A program made the position numbers and the translations under genes. The notes under the pieces are model-generated. The model searched no databases. It saw only the letters and a list, made by a program, of their open reading frames with translations, and was not told the origin of the DNA. This document shows positions 1-12,734 of a stretch of 64,000 nucleotides of DNA, one piece after another; position 1 is the stretch's first letter; each line of letters begins with the position of its first letter. The stretch is from Octopus sinensis (lineage: Eukaryota), in assembly GCF_006345805.1 (NCBI RefSeq), contig NC_043003.1:66092001-66156000 (forward strand). The letters run 5' to 3'.

Positions 1-19
1 AACTAGCACATATACATAC

Positions 20-101
20 ATTGTGTGGCACAGTGGGACTGAACTCAAAACCACATTGTTGAAAAGCGTGCTTGTTAACTACACTGCCATACTTGCTCCT
101 A
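20..101 (-). mobile_element. SINE family C, 5' head fragment
   Basis: CAGTGGGACTGAACTCAAAACCAC...CTACACTGCCATACTTGCTCC is the reverse complement of the head seen in the full copy at 3491-3897. Confidence 0.6.
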
Positions 102-1447
102 TAAATAGCATTTCAGTTACTGATGCCTGATAAAAAGAGGGCTTGTCACATCCACTCTATTTTCATCTACTTTAAAAAAATGAGATTCAATCATAATGAA
201 ATTTGTTTGTTGAATGAAAGAGTTTTGGGGGTACTCTTAGATGCCAGATATTCAATGTTTCCTCTGCAAGCATTAACTAGAATTTTTCTTTGGAGTAGAA
301 CAAATGGAACGAAGTTTATTTGGTATTGAAAACAAATAAATGACAATGGCTTTCTTAGAGAAAAAAGAATCACAGAATACTAAGACATTCCATATCTTGT
401 TTGATATATAAATGATCCTTTCAAACGAATGCATAACAGTTTAGAGATGAACTGAGAGATTCCGAAAATAATACTGCAGGAATTGTGTGACATTAAATAT
501 CATATAGTAAATAACTTCCATCGTACTCTCCAGTGAGGAGAGTACAGGAATGAAAGAGTAATAAAGTGCGCTCCTCTACAATCGTCTCGGCATTTGAACG
601 ACGTCAACATTTTCAAATTACCAACCACAATGAAAATTAATTGTTTTCGGGTATCATCTGACTTGTGTCTGTATAGTAAGAAGTTTTCTCCCCAAACTGC
701 TGTCAAGTATCTCAAAGAATCTTCTTTCGGTGTACTTAACGTCGAAGTATCATCATGATTATTATTATCATCAATTAATTTAACAAACTGGGTTCCTTCT
801 AATTTCTTTTTTTTTTTACAAGTTCAACGTCTTCTCTCAGCTTTGTCTATTCTTTCTAACAAAACACAACTCCAACCCTCTCCACAACACTATTATATTT
901 CTGCAATTAATGGTTATTTAATCGCCTTTAATCACTTTCGGTTTTACATGTTTGTCCTTCCTAGATTTAATACGAAAACATTATTTTTTATTATTTTCTT
1001 TCACAAACTGAAACTCGAAGACGTTTAAATGAGCAAGTAACTATAAGTTTATGGAAGAATCACCATTTTAGCGGAAGTATGTCAAAAAGATACATTTCAA
1101 AATCTTTTCAAAATTTCTTTTCGGTGTGAGAAGATAATCCCGACCAGAAAAACGGTTGATAGCTAACATCTAGTGTAGTCTCTATCTCTTTGATAATAGC
1201 TGTTCACACGTATGCACGCACATATTCAGCAGATACACAATCACACAGCCATTCCCAGACACACATCTCTCGAAATATATATAAATGTGTATGTTGATGT
1301 ATGTATATACATACCTATATACATGTGTGTGTGTACGAGTATGTGTGTGTGGATTATATGAAGATAATACATGTCAAATTAAATTGGATGATTTATATAG
1401 CACTTGAACCAAATGATTTCTAACAAATTTCGATATGATCACATACT

Positions 1448-1656
1448 GCGAGCTAGTAGAATCGATAACACGCCGGACGAAATGTTTAGCGGCATGTCGT
1501 CTGTCAACGCGGATCTTAGCTCAAATTCTGCCAAGGTAACATCCGATATTTGTCCTTTCAAGGTTGATAATATAAGTACCAATTGAGTAGTCAATGTAAT
1601 AGACTGGCTCCTTCCACGAACTTGCTAGCATTGTGCCAAAATTTGGAATCAATATT
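1448..1656 (+). mobile_element. SINE family A, diverged copy
   Basis: GCGAGCTAGTAGAATCG head, CTCAAATTCTGCC B-box-like segment, GTTGATAATATAAGTACCAATTGAG body; colinear with the copy at 13250. Confidence 0.7.
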
Positions 1657-1944
1657 ACCAAATACGTTGTGCAAGACTTCATCCACTTGCTCTTCTTTTG
1701 TTTGAATTGTAGTACTACATACTATAATTGCGCCAAATGACCCTTACTGAAGTGAACAGCCAAATGGTTTGCTTTTCCAGTCTGTTCTGATAAACACTTC
1801 CCTGCGTTATTAGGAAAAGTAGATCACATGATATGCATAGTTAATCATCGTTACCATCTGTGAACATGAGGTATGATTGGTCGCTTAAATATATTGAAAC
1901 AATTGTAAGGCATAGAATAAAATTTATACCTTAAACACCACAGT

Positions 1945-2151
1945 TTTTCTGAATATATATATATATATATGTGTGTGTGGTGTGTGTGTGTATGTGTTAG
2001 TCTGTGTGTGTGTGTTTGTATGTGTGTGTGTGTATGTATTTGTACAAAAGCGCATAGTTGAACATGTGTATACATATATACACATATTGAAATATATGTA
2101 TATAACTACACATACACACATATGCATATATATAAATGTATATATATGTAC

Positions 2152-2230
<79 letters not shown>
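1945..2230. repeat. Compound (TA)n/(TG)n microsatellite
   Basis: Direct reading; source of the YIYI/CVCV ORFs. Confidence 0.95.
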
Positions 2231-2337
2231 GCATTGATATAAATTGTCTATAAAGCCAGAAACATATGTACCGCTAAATCTTTGCATCTTGTTTTTCTTT
2301 TGATAAATATATATATATATATATGTATACACACATT

Positions 2338-2737
2338 TTCTTTTGTTTGACTCAGGCACTTGACTGCAGCCATACTGGAGCATCACCTAGAAGTGTTTTA
2401 GTCGAACAAATCAGACCCAGAACTCTTTTTTTAAAGCGTAATAGTTATTTTATCGGCTTATTTTGCCGAACGGCTAAGTTACGGGCACATAAACACACCA
2501 ATACCGGTTGTCAAGCGTCGGAAGGGGAGAAGCACAGATACAAAGACACACACTCATTGGCATGTGCATACATGCATATATATGCAACAAGCTTCCAGTT
2601 TCCATCTACCAAATCCATTCACAAGGTTTTGGTCAGCCTGAGGCTATAGTAGAAAACAGTTGCCCAGGCGCCATGCAGTGGGACTGAACCCAGGACCATG
2701 TGGTTAGGAAACAAGCTTCTTATCACATTGCCATATA
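2338..2737 (-). mobile_element. SINE family C (tRNA-derived, ~400 bp)
   Basis: Reverse complement of 3491-3897: CAGTGGGACTGAACCC B-box region, GGCTATAGTAGA, TTGTCAAGCG, GACTGCAGCCATACTGGAGCA tail. Confidence 0.85.
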
Positions 2738-3253
2738 CTCTACACGTCTGTGTGAAAGATTAACATCACTTTATGTAACCTCCATATAGTTTTAATTTAT
2801 TGTTGCTTTTAATATGTATAACAATATTTACGATATATCTGAAAATTGCAAAGTGTGCGGAATGGTTAGGAATCGCTAGAATAAGTTTGAAATTCTTTCT
2901 ATTGATCTTTCCCTGGGCAAGTTTCCGTTATCCTTGGATTTTACGTCACATAACTTCGAGTCAATGGAAATTATAATTTTATAGAACACAAACCAGTAAA
3001 GAAAAAAATACTACTTTCATTGTTAGACAGTTAAATATGGCAAGTCAAATATCGATCTAACAGAGATGAAGGTATATGAGAAAACCTACTGACACGATGC
3101 AATATCTGTTTCTCTAAGTATTGATGAAACAGCTGAAGTAGGACAGTGGATCAATAGAAAAGATGGATTGGTGGAAACGACCGCCTTTAAATATGTATAG
3201 CTGATCAATGAGTTGACATTTAATTAATTTATACACACACAGGTACACACATG

Positions 3254-3445
3254 AAGGCGTGTGGCCTTGTGTTTAGGTTGCTGCACAAATGATCGTGGTT
3301 GTCATACTGACACCAGACAGTGCATTTTGCTCTTGCATAAAGCACATTTCACAATTCGTTATTGCAGTTCACTCATCTGTAAATGAGTAACCTTGGGAAG
3401 TACTAGCGTCCCGTTCAGGGTATTTTAGTCCTCTCAGTCACTTGG
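3254..3445 (+). mobile_element. SINE family D (tRNA-like head plus CORE-like segment), diverged
   Basis: GAAGGCGTGTGGCCTTGTG head and CAGTTCACTCATCTGTAAATGAG, which resembles the CORE motif CTCATCTGTAAAATGG; related to 19728, 22366 and 54300. Confidence 0.6.
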
Positions 3446-3490
3446 AGGCTTTGAAAGCTGTAAAACAACCTTTAGCTTATATATACAGAC

Positions 3491-3897
3491 GTAGGAGTGG
3501 CTGTGTGGTAAGTAGCTTACTTACCAACCGCATGGTTCTAGGTTCAGTCCCACTTTGTGGCACCTTGGGCAAGTGTCTTCTACTATAGCCTCGCGCCGAC
3601 CATAGCCTTGTGAGTGGATTTGGTAGACGGAAAATGAAAGACGCCCGTCGTATATATATATATATGTTTATGTGTGTGTATATGTTTGTGTGTCTGTGTT
3701 TGTCCCCCCACCCCCGAAACATCGCTTGACAACCGATGCTGATATGTTTACGTCCCCGTAACATAGCGGTTCGGCAAAAGCGACCGATAGAATAAGTACT
3801 AGGCTTACAAAGAACAAGACCTGGGGTCGATTTGCTCGACTAAATGTAGTGCTCCAGCATGGCCATAATCAAGTGACTGAAACAAGTAAGTAAAGAG
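3491..3897 (+). mobile_element. SINE family C, full length
   Basis: A-box-like TGGCTGTGTGG, B-box-like GGTTCAGTCCC, CCTTGGGCAAG body, internal (TA)/(TG) tract, tail CCAGCATGGCC...GACTGAAACAAG; at least 12 copies or fragments in the window. Resembles octopus OK/OR-type tRNA SINEs (exact name needs Dfam/Repbase). Confidence 0.9.
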
Positions 3898-3935
3898 TAG
3901 ATACACACGCACACACACACACACACACGCATGCA

Positions 3936-3967
<32 letters not shown>

Positions 3968-3989
3968 CACACACAGAGTGTGGGAGAGA

Positions 3990-5090
3990 TATTTGAGGGG
4001 CTACTTAATTACCGATATATTTCTAAAATAGCAAAAACAAGATGTGTTTGGATAAAATTTGTACACGTTTTAGATGACCTCTCTAATGAAATTTTTGCTA
4101 TGAATCTGATTTCAGTTTCAATTCTTCATTACAGGACCGAAATCGTTGACACGCCTGCACGAAGTTATTTCTTATCATTTCTAACATCACCTGGACAATA
4201 GCGGGTTTCAGAGAAGCTGTATTATTGTTAGGATGTCGATAAGTTTTTCTTTCAACAACGCTCCAATCATTATCCACTTGATTTTAAATCTAGTGTCGTT
4301 GGAGATCACTAGTTTGATATTTCATGATTGTAAATTTTATCTAACATCGCTCTTCATGGGTCACGTGGGTTATCGAGGAGGTACTGAGACTTCTTGAATG
4401 AAGAATGGCTTTCTAGTGCTTACTTCACCCACGCTGGACTTAGTAGCTATCGTCAGTATCTTAAAGTATTCATTAGCTTTAATCCCATGAATCTAGCGAC
4501 AGATCACCACTCCCAAAACCAGAATATTTTGTGGACTATTCTGCAGACACTGGTAGAACCTGCATAGAAACGACCCTTATTTTTCCTATTGGACTGCTTG
4601 TTTTAGTAGAAGTCTTTTCTCATCAGAAGGAAACCAAATGATGCCAAGTTCGTGAAATTTTTTAACCTTTTAAATAACCAGTTGTTACGGATCAAACGGT
4701 TTTCTTGGATTAGCAAAAATGAAATGATCACTCCTCAAAAGATAAAACCGGTATCGATTGTTCGGAACCCATGTGCTAGTTGTCCACTCCAACATCAGAA
4801 ATCCTTCGGCGATAACACTCGTTCATTTTTCATAATGGTCGTCGACAACGTGAACAGGTTGGAGGAACTGTTATGCTTTTACAGGGAACAAAATTTTAGA
4901 AATATTTTATGTGTGATATAGTTGAAACACTCCTACAACAGGTTACAAAATCAAATTTTGTGCGCGAAAGATCTTTCAATATTCGGAATGCTGGAAATCA
5001 ATAAATCGCTATGTTCTGCACATTTCTTGTGTAACCATTGTATTTGGCGTGATGATGTGTGGCAAAAAAAAAAAAGCAGTTTTCAATTCG
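3990..5090 (-). mobile_element. Decayed maT/DD37D-like Tc1/mariner transposon
   Basis: Minus-strand manual translation with stops and frameshifts: RYRFYLLRSDHF, QENRLIR, GIIWFPSDEK (first catalytic D, ~4613-4644), SPQNILVLGVVI, KANEYFKILTIATKSSVGEVSTRKPFFIQEVSVP, WSVVERKTYRHPNNNTASLKPAIVQVM, ACQRFRS. These are the characteristic maT-type blocks in the correct order. Confidence 0.75.
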
Positions 5091-5460
5091 CATGAAAAGA
5101 TTAATAAGCTCATAATGTGTCCTTAAATACACACTCGCAGTCTATATGGATGATCGTGGTGTATATATATACAGACACACACTCACATAAACTCATACGC
5201 ACGCACACACATGCACACACACACACACATATACACACAAATAGGATGCATTGCTTAAAAGTTCTTGGCTTTAAGTGTATCACGAAAGGCCTCCTTGGAG
5301 GCTCAACATCATAAGTTCTTTTACAGGACTTATAAAAACTGAAGGACCACAGCATCATGTGGGTGAATCTCAGGAGGGAATATGTTGAAAAAGAGCATAA
5401 TTAACTGATTCTCCTGTATTTTCTGTTACTGAATGATAGGAAATTTTCAACACCCTCTCG

Positions 5461-5537
5461 TATGTATGTATGTATGTATGTATGTATGTATGTATGTATG
5501 TATGTATGTATGTATGTATGTATGTATGTATGTATGT
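5461..5537. repeat. (TATG)n microsatellite
   Basis: Direct reading. Confidence 0.95.
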
Positions 5538-5739
5538 AGTGCTAAGGACAGACTATTGTTAAACTTGGTTGGATCGTACTTTCCCAAAAACAATTGTAAG
5601 ATTATATCTCTTTCCTTATAAATGTCCTAAAAACTGCTCACAGCCTTGGTTTTGTTATCTGTTTTTGTCCAATATGTCTGTGTGTGTGTGTGTGTGTGCG
5701 TGCGTGCGTGTGTGTGTATGCGAGTGGGTGTTTGTATGA

Positions 5740-5945
5740 GTCTGTCTGTATTTGTCGCCACTCCATCGCTTGACAAAAGGGGTTAGTGTGTTTGCGTTCC
5801 CCTAACATAGAGGTTTGGCAAAAGAGACTGACAAAATAGGTACTAAGCTTACAAACAATAAGTACTGGAGTCGACTTGTTCGACCCAAGGCGGTACTCCA
5901 GCATGGCCGCAGTCAAATGATTGAACCAAGTAAGTGAATAAAAGA
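5740..5945 (+). mobile_element. SINE family C, 3' half
   Basis: CATCGCTTGACAA...GGCGGTACTCCAGCATGGCCGCAGTCAAATGATTGAACCAAG matches 3720-3890. Confidence 0.8.
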
Positions 5946-6198
5946 ATATATACAGGCACATGCATATATATATATATATATATGTACATATATATATATA
6001 TACACACAGTACACACACATATATATATATATATATATAATATATATATATATATACATGCACACGGACAGTGATACGCACAAGCATAAACATGTACACA
6101 CTGACACACGCATACACACACTTACACAAACATAGATACACTCAGCATAAGAAATAAGCACATACGGAAATATAGTGAGAGAGAGAGAATGTGTGTGC

Positions 6199-6249
<51 letters not shown>

Positions 6250-6624
6250 TGAGAGAGAGAGAGAGGAATAAAGGGGAGTAGAAAACAATGCGTAAAACGT
6301 TAAACATAAAGGAAGACGGGTATTGAGACGTTCATAGAGAGACGCGACACACGGACACATGGTCCCCTCGTCTCCTGTGATTGACTTGTATTACATGTCA
6401 AACCGAGAGAGAGAGAAAGAGAAAGAGAGAGAGAGAGAGCGGGGGGGGCCAGAAGTAAAGCGAAAAGGAACAGCATGCATATGAAATATAAATTACAGGG
6501 AGAGAGTGAGAGAAGGTATGGTAGACATATATAGAGAGAGGGGAAATCCTAAAACCAGAGAGAAAGATAGATTGATAAACAGACAGTTATGCAAGGTAAC
6601 GTACTCTTACATATATAAAGATGT

Positions 6625-7007
6625 GGAGGCGCAATGGCCCAGTGGTTAGGGCAGCGGACACGCGGTCATAGGATCGCGGTTTCGATTCCCAGACCGGGCG
6701 TTGTGAGTGTTTATTGAGCGAAAACACCTAAAAGCTCCACGAGGCTGCGGCAGGGGATGGTGGTGACCCCTGCTGTACTCTTTCACCACAACTTTCTCTC
6801 AATCTTACTTTCTGTTTCTGTTGTACCTGTACTTCAAAGGGCCGGCCTTATCACTCTGTGTGTCACGCTGAATATCCCCGAGAACTACGTTAAGGGTACA
6901 CGTGTCTGTGGAGTGCTCAGTCACTTACACGTTAATTTCACGAGCAGGCTGTTCCGTTGATTCGGAGCAACCGGAACCCTCGTCGTCGTAACCGACGGAG
7001 TGCTTCC
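6625..7007 (+). mobile_element. SINE family B (tRNA-derived), young full-length copy with TSD
   Basis: A box TGGCCCAGTGG, B box GGTTTCGATTCCC; flanked by ATATAAAGATGT (6613-6624) and ATATAAAGACGT (7008-7019); about 95% identical by eye to 47740-48126. Confidence 0.92.
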
Positions 7008-7372
7008 ATATAAAGACGTGCACACACTCGGGTAATCCCGAGCTTAATATGGTGTTCTGATAAACACATTCAATGTTGGCGATCTGGAAGTTGAGTTAGT
7101 TCTCATAGCAAAGTATATTCTTTGATTACTAAAAGCCAAAAAGAACCTTCTACTTGGCACGCAGTTTTAGAAAATCAAATCCATTTTTCTCTAGGACGCA
7201 TCTTTTCGGTAATTTTGGGTGATATACACGTATACATACATATATACATTAATAAGCTCATGAAGTGTAATTAAATACACACACTCATATTTGTACAAAT
7301 ATATATGTATATATATTTATATATGTATATATATAAAAATATATTTACACACACACACACATACATACGCAT

Positions 7373-7408
<36 letters not shown>

Positions 7409-7484
7409 TATATGTATACATATATACATATATACATACATACATATATACATATATATACATACATACGTATATACATATATA

Positions 7485-7630
7485 GGGAGAATTGACAAAA
7501 AAAAAACAACACGAAGACAGTAGGTGTACACAACAAACGCACGTATTAGTTTAACGCTCGGGAAGTGAGAAAGTATTTAATGTTTCGAGCCTAAGCTCTT
7601 CCGCAGAAAGGAACACAGAGAGAAACAAGA
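7485..7630 (-). mobile_element. (TA)n-flanked Penelope-terminus-like repeat with hammerhead-like motif
   Basis: Homologous to 16560-16730 and 17244-17420 (TATTAGTTT[A/G]ACGCTCG, GTGAGAAAG, GTTTCGAG..GCTCTT). The minus strand reads CUGCGGA-A-GAGC-UUAG-GCUC-GAAAC. Confidence 0.6.
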
Positions 7631-7671
7631 TATATATATATATATATATATATATGAGTGTGTGTGTGTGT

Positions 7672-7703
<32 letters not shown>

Positions 7704-7782
7704 TGTGTGTGTCTGTGTGTGTGTGTGTTTGAGTGTATGCGTGTGTGTGTGTGTGTGTGTTTGAGTGTGTGTGTGTGTGTGT

Positions 7783-7835
<53 letters not shown>

Positions 7836-7860
7836 CTGTGTATAATATATCATATATACC
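7630..7860. repeat. (TA)n/(TG)n microsatellite
   Basis: Direct reading. Confidence 0.95.
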
Positions 7861-8072
7861 GAGGCAGTGAACTGGTAGAAATGTTAGAACGCCGGGCGAA
7901 AAGCTTAGCAGTATTTCGTTAGTCTTTACGTTCTGATTTCAAATTCCACCGCGGTCGATTTTTGCCTTTTTTACTTTCGGGTTCGATAAATTAAGTACCA
8001 GTTGCATACTGGGGTCGATCTAATTGATTGACCTCCTCCAAAAACATTTCCGCCCATGAATAGACAAGAGTA
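7861..8072 (+). mobile_element. SINE family A
   Basis: GGCAGTGAACTGGTAGAA head, TTCAAATTCC B box, TTCGATAAATTAAGTACCAG body. Confidence 0.8.
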
Positions 8073-8090
8073 TATCTATATATATACATA

Positions 8091-8175
<85 letters not shown>

Positions 8176-8181
8176 TACTTA

Positions 8182-8558
8182 CACTTTTACTTGTTTCAGT
8201 CATATGACTGTGGCCATGCTGGAACACCGACTTTGGTCGAGCAAATCGACCCCAGGACTTATTCTTTGTACGCCTAGTACTTTATCTGTCTGTTTTGCCG
8301 AAAAGCTATATTATTGGGACGTAATCACACCAGCATCGGTTGTCAAACGATGTTGGGGGTGACAAACACAGACACATAAATATATACATATACATATATA
8401 CGAAGGGCTTCTTTCAGTTTCCGTTTACCCAATCCACTCATTAGGCTTTGGTCGGCCGGAGCCTATTGTAGAAAATGATGCCGAAGGTGCCATGCAGTGG
8501 GACTGAACACGGAACCATGTGGTTGGTAAGCAAGCTTCCTACCACACAGCCACTCCTG
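8182..8558 (-). mobile_element. SINE family C, full length
   Basis: Reverse complement of the 3491-3897 family throughout. Confidence 0.88.
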
Positions 8559-8580
8559 TGCTTATATATATAGATATTAT

Positions 8581-8633
<53 letters not shown>

Positions 8634-9137
8634 ATAACCACAATCGAAGGAAAAACAATTCTTTCAAAGATTTGTAAAGCATCCAGTTCACTGATACAGT
8701 AGTTGAGTATCACAGAAAAAAATGGTATAAATACAAAATATGAATAATAAATTAAATAGAGAAATACACTTGACAAAATAACAATTTATTTACATTATGG
8801 CATAATATGATATATAATAAAATATATATATAATAAAAGATATACTATAACATAACAAATTTAAAAAAAAAAACAAAGTCAACAATTTGTTTTGAGTTAT
8901 ATACATTAGTTGATTTATAAAGTTTCCTATCCATGTATACTAGCCTCTTCAGGGCTTTGGTTTAAAAAAGAAGTAGACGATATTCCATGGAGTTTGATAT
9001 GATAAATTATATTATACATTTAATTTTATATTATAATGTTAGTTTGTCTATTGTGTTTCTCTGCTTCATTTAATATATATAAGTCTGTGTGTACACACAC
9101 ACACACACACACAGACACACACACACACACACACACA

Positions 9138-9208
<71 letters not shown>

Positions 9209-9265
9209 TTTAGATAAATAAATAAATATACGTTCATACATGATATATGTGTGTATATACATACA

Positions 9266-9309
<44 letters not shown>

Positions 9310-10551
9310 TGTATGTATATACACACATATATCATGTATGAACGTTATTTATTTATTTATCTAAATGTGTATATATATATAATATATATATATATACACA
9401 CACATATATATATATATATATATGTGTATACACACAGACTTACACGCACGCACCCACACACACGCACACGTACACACACATTCTCACACACGCACACACA
9501 CATATGGATGCGGAAATAATGGTGGACTAACCAGCACTAGAAAATATTGACTGCTAACATGCCCTGCGGGGGCGATTTTGTGTCTGTGCAAATGCCTTGA
9601 CAATTGGAAACACATAAAATAATGCTAACTTCAAAATCTACATATCCATTTATTCTTCAGATATTTCAACATTTACTTCTAGTTTCCTATGCTTTCTGTA
9701 CATACGTGTATATAGTTTTATGATGTTTGGGCACTTTATCTTAATTTTTATTTTTATTTCCTATCCATTTCTCTTTTTATTATTATTATTATTATTATAT
9801 ATTTTCATGGTAAGAATATGTATCTCGTAATTTTCTGTAGTGATTTAGAATGCGGTTTCGTAGAAGAGACTTCGTTAGTCTGTCGTCTAATGGCGAATTA
9901 TTTCGAGGGGATTGATTGTGTGTGAGGCCGTCTACGATGACTTAGATAACACTAATTTTGATATGACAGACTGCTAGAGGAACACACGATGTACGCTGAA
10001 TTCTTAATGGTCACCCCACTCGTCCGTATACATTATTTAGCAAGTTGCTCTTCACTTTACGTGACACAATTCACCATATTACATGTCAGCTTATATTAGT
10101 ATTCTAATTTATTGTTGATTCAGTAGTTTCTTTATATTGTCTATTTGTTTTTTGTTTTTTGTTGTTGTTTTTTTCCTTTTTCTCTCGTCTGTTTGTTTCC
10201 TCTTGTTACGTATTCCTTCTATTCTGAAGATGATTTTCAAAATGAACTGAATGCATTAAGAGAAACATTGTTATTATACCAGATATTACCGTCGGCAAAA
10301 ATCTAACGAATGTCATCTGGTTCAGTAAATCAACTTCTTGTACCCTTTAACTAGAAAGAAATGTTATTTAACAGCCACGGGGCTCAATGTAAAGTATGTT
10401 GGCTTGTTCAGTGTCCATCACTAAGGTGCAGTTGTGAACGTTGGCAACTGTCGCAAATGCAAAATCAATAATTAATGCCTTCAGCCAGTAGTGGCACCTT
10501 CAGGCGAAAATGTAAAAGAAGGCATCCACATACGTGTGCATGCCTCCTTTC

Positions 10552-10657
<106 letters not shown>

Positions 10658-10838
10658 GGTGATATGGCATCGTTCTGAATGAAGGGGTTTGCAAACGATA
10701 CAATGCTCTATGCCGCATTCAGTGTCAGCTCAGGGAATCCTGGCGCCATTCAACTATTTCTACGCTATTTTATGGCGGCGCTGATATGTTGCATAAGCTA
10801 TTATCATTCATAAACTAATAATCTCATCTGCTAAGTGA

Positions 10839-10870
<32 letters not shown>

Positions 10871-11145
10871 GATCTATCTATCTATCTGCCTGTCTATCTA
10901 CCATTCTATACACATATAAATATATATTTATATAGACACACACAAACACACATACACACGCATACACACGCATACACACGCATACACACACACGCACACA
11001 CACGCACACACACATACATATATACATATATACATAATACATGTATTTATATATATATATATATATATATGATATATATCATATATATGTGTATGCATAT
11101 ATACGTACACACACACTCACACACAGGCTTGCATGTAATCAAACA

Positions 11146-11176
<31 letters not shown>

Positions 11177-11730
11177 CACACACACACACACACACACATA
11201 CACACACATATATATAATGTATGGTAGTTGCCCGCGCTTATGTGTGGTAAAAGTTAGTCATTGTAAATGGCCATCACGAAGCAGCGCCATACTCGTATAT
11301 TTATTTACACAATGATTTTCTCTGTCAATGCCCACTCCAGAAATTTGTTATTTTCACTTAACATTTACACCAATGCTTTTAACTAGTGTACACAAAATGG
11401 ATTCTGCAAAACAATTTACATCTTAATTTATGGTTTAATGCGCTTTAAGTTATGTGTTAATGAGATAACGACGTGTGCGATATCTGCCGGGACAGCTACA
11501 TATTATATGTGGAATATGTATAAGAGTTTATCGTTTGTAATTTTTCTCTTAATTTCTGATTATTTTCCTTAAGTAGGTGTCTGTAGTATTTAGATATTTA
11601 GTATTTTACAGCCTTTAGAAATGGTAACTATCTACGTATAGAAAACTTGACAAATAAAGAAGTAACGATGTCAGCAGACTTGATGTGATAAATGAAGAAT
11701 AAATAATAGCGATGAGAACAATTATATAAG

Positions 11731-11788
<58 letters not shown>

Positions 11789-12148
11789 TGTATATATATA
11801 TATTCATACATACAGTGAAAAAGAGTAGAAACGTTTGGACAAGGCACAATCATATTTTAGAAAGTGTTCAGTAAAGTATCCATATTTGAGATCTTAATGA
11901 AATTTTGCTTTAGTCAGTCTCTCATAAATGTTTTGTCTAATTAGCTTTAGAGTGGAGGGTTAAAGAGTTCAACTTTCAGGAAGTCATTTTACTTTATCGT
12001 GTATCTCCTTATTCTTGGTTTAGCCGGCTGTGTGTGTGTGTTTGGAATCTATTGTCAAAAAGATTTTTCATTTCTTTCTTTATCTGGGGAGAGAAAATTG
12101 CATTGAGAGAAAATTGCATTGGGACACCTTCGCATCGAAGACCGGTTA

Positions 12149-12372
12149 TTGTCGTGCGCTGACGACGGGTAAATACTCAGAAACCCGGGTCCGTGCGTAT
12201 CACGTCAGGTCGTCGATGGGAAGGATGGCTTCCTTTTGCAAATATTGATAGGACACAGAAAGTGTGTCAATTGTCAGCTGGAGAAGATGTTCACCTGGGG
12301 CTACAAGCTACAGTAGCATCCACCCTTAGTGGTTAGCCACTTTTAAGTGGCAAATATACTTCACTTTGTCGT
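12149..12372 (+). mobile_element. Putative retrozyme-like monomer (~217 nt)
   Basis: TTGTCGT direct repeat at 12149-55 and 12366-72 brackets the hammerhead plus three perfect hairpins (12219-33, 12252-68, 12336-51). No coding capacity recognised. Confidence 0.5.
12153..12197 (+). ncRNA. Type I hammerhead ribozyme motif with palindromic stem III
   Basis: Stem I CGUGCG (12153-58) / CGUGCG (12192-97), 6 pairs including 2 G.U; core CUGACGA (12159-65); stem II GGGUA/UACUC; GAAA (12180-83); self-complementary ACCCGGGU (12183-90); GUC triplet, predicted cleavage after 12191. Deviation: C.A mismatch at 10.1/11.1. Confidence 0.75.
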
Positions 12373-12734
12373 TCAGCTACTGTTTATACCTCGTTCAGAG
12401 AACTAGGGAGGATTTAATTTGTCATTTGTTTGGCTGAGAATGTGTGTGTGTGTGTGTGTGTTTAGGATATATTCTCCAAATAATATTCTTATCTTTTATT
12501 TCTATTGACAGGTCAGTAGTTCTGAGCAACTGTGTATATATATATATATATAAATGTTTTTCTCTCTTTCTGACACCCACCAGAATTCTTTCTAATATTT
12601 CTGATATTTGATAAGATGGATACATTGAAACTAGTTATATTTTATTTAACATTCTCTGTAAACACCTTTCACACTTCGTTCATTCCACTCTTCTTTCTTT
12701 CGTTCCCCACTCTCACATTTCCTGTCCTTCGCTT

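Noticed and set aside
500-756. Long open frames on both strands and a possible minus-strand 47-bp micro-exon (HKSDDTRKQLIFIVV)
   Set aside because: No recognisable homology; such splice-like signals arise by chance at this length.
8915-8955. Minus-strand CUGAAGAG...GAAAC hammerhead-like string
   Set aside because: Stem II incomplete, and no stem I or valid stem III; at best a decayed terminus.
10215-10275. CUGAAGAUG...GAAACAUU in a Penelope-terminus-like context
   Set aside because: Stems I and II cannot be formed convincingly.
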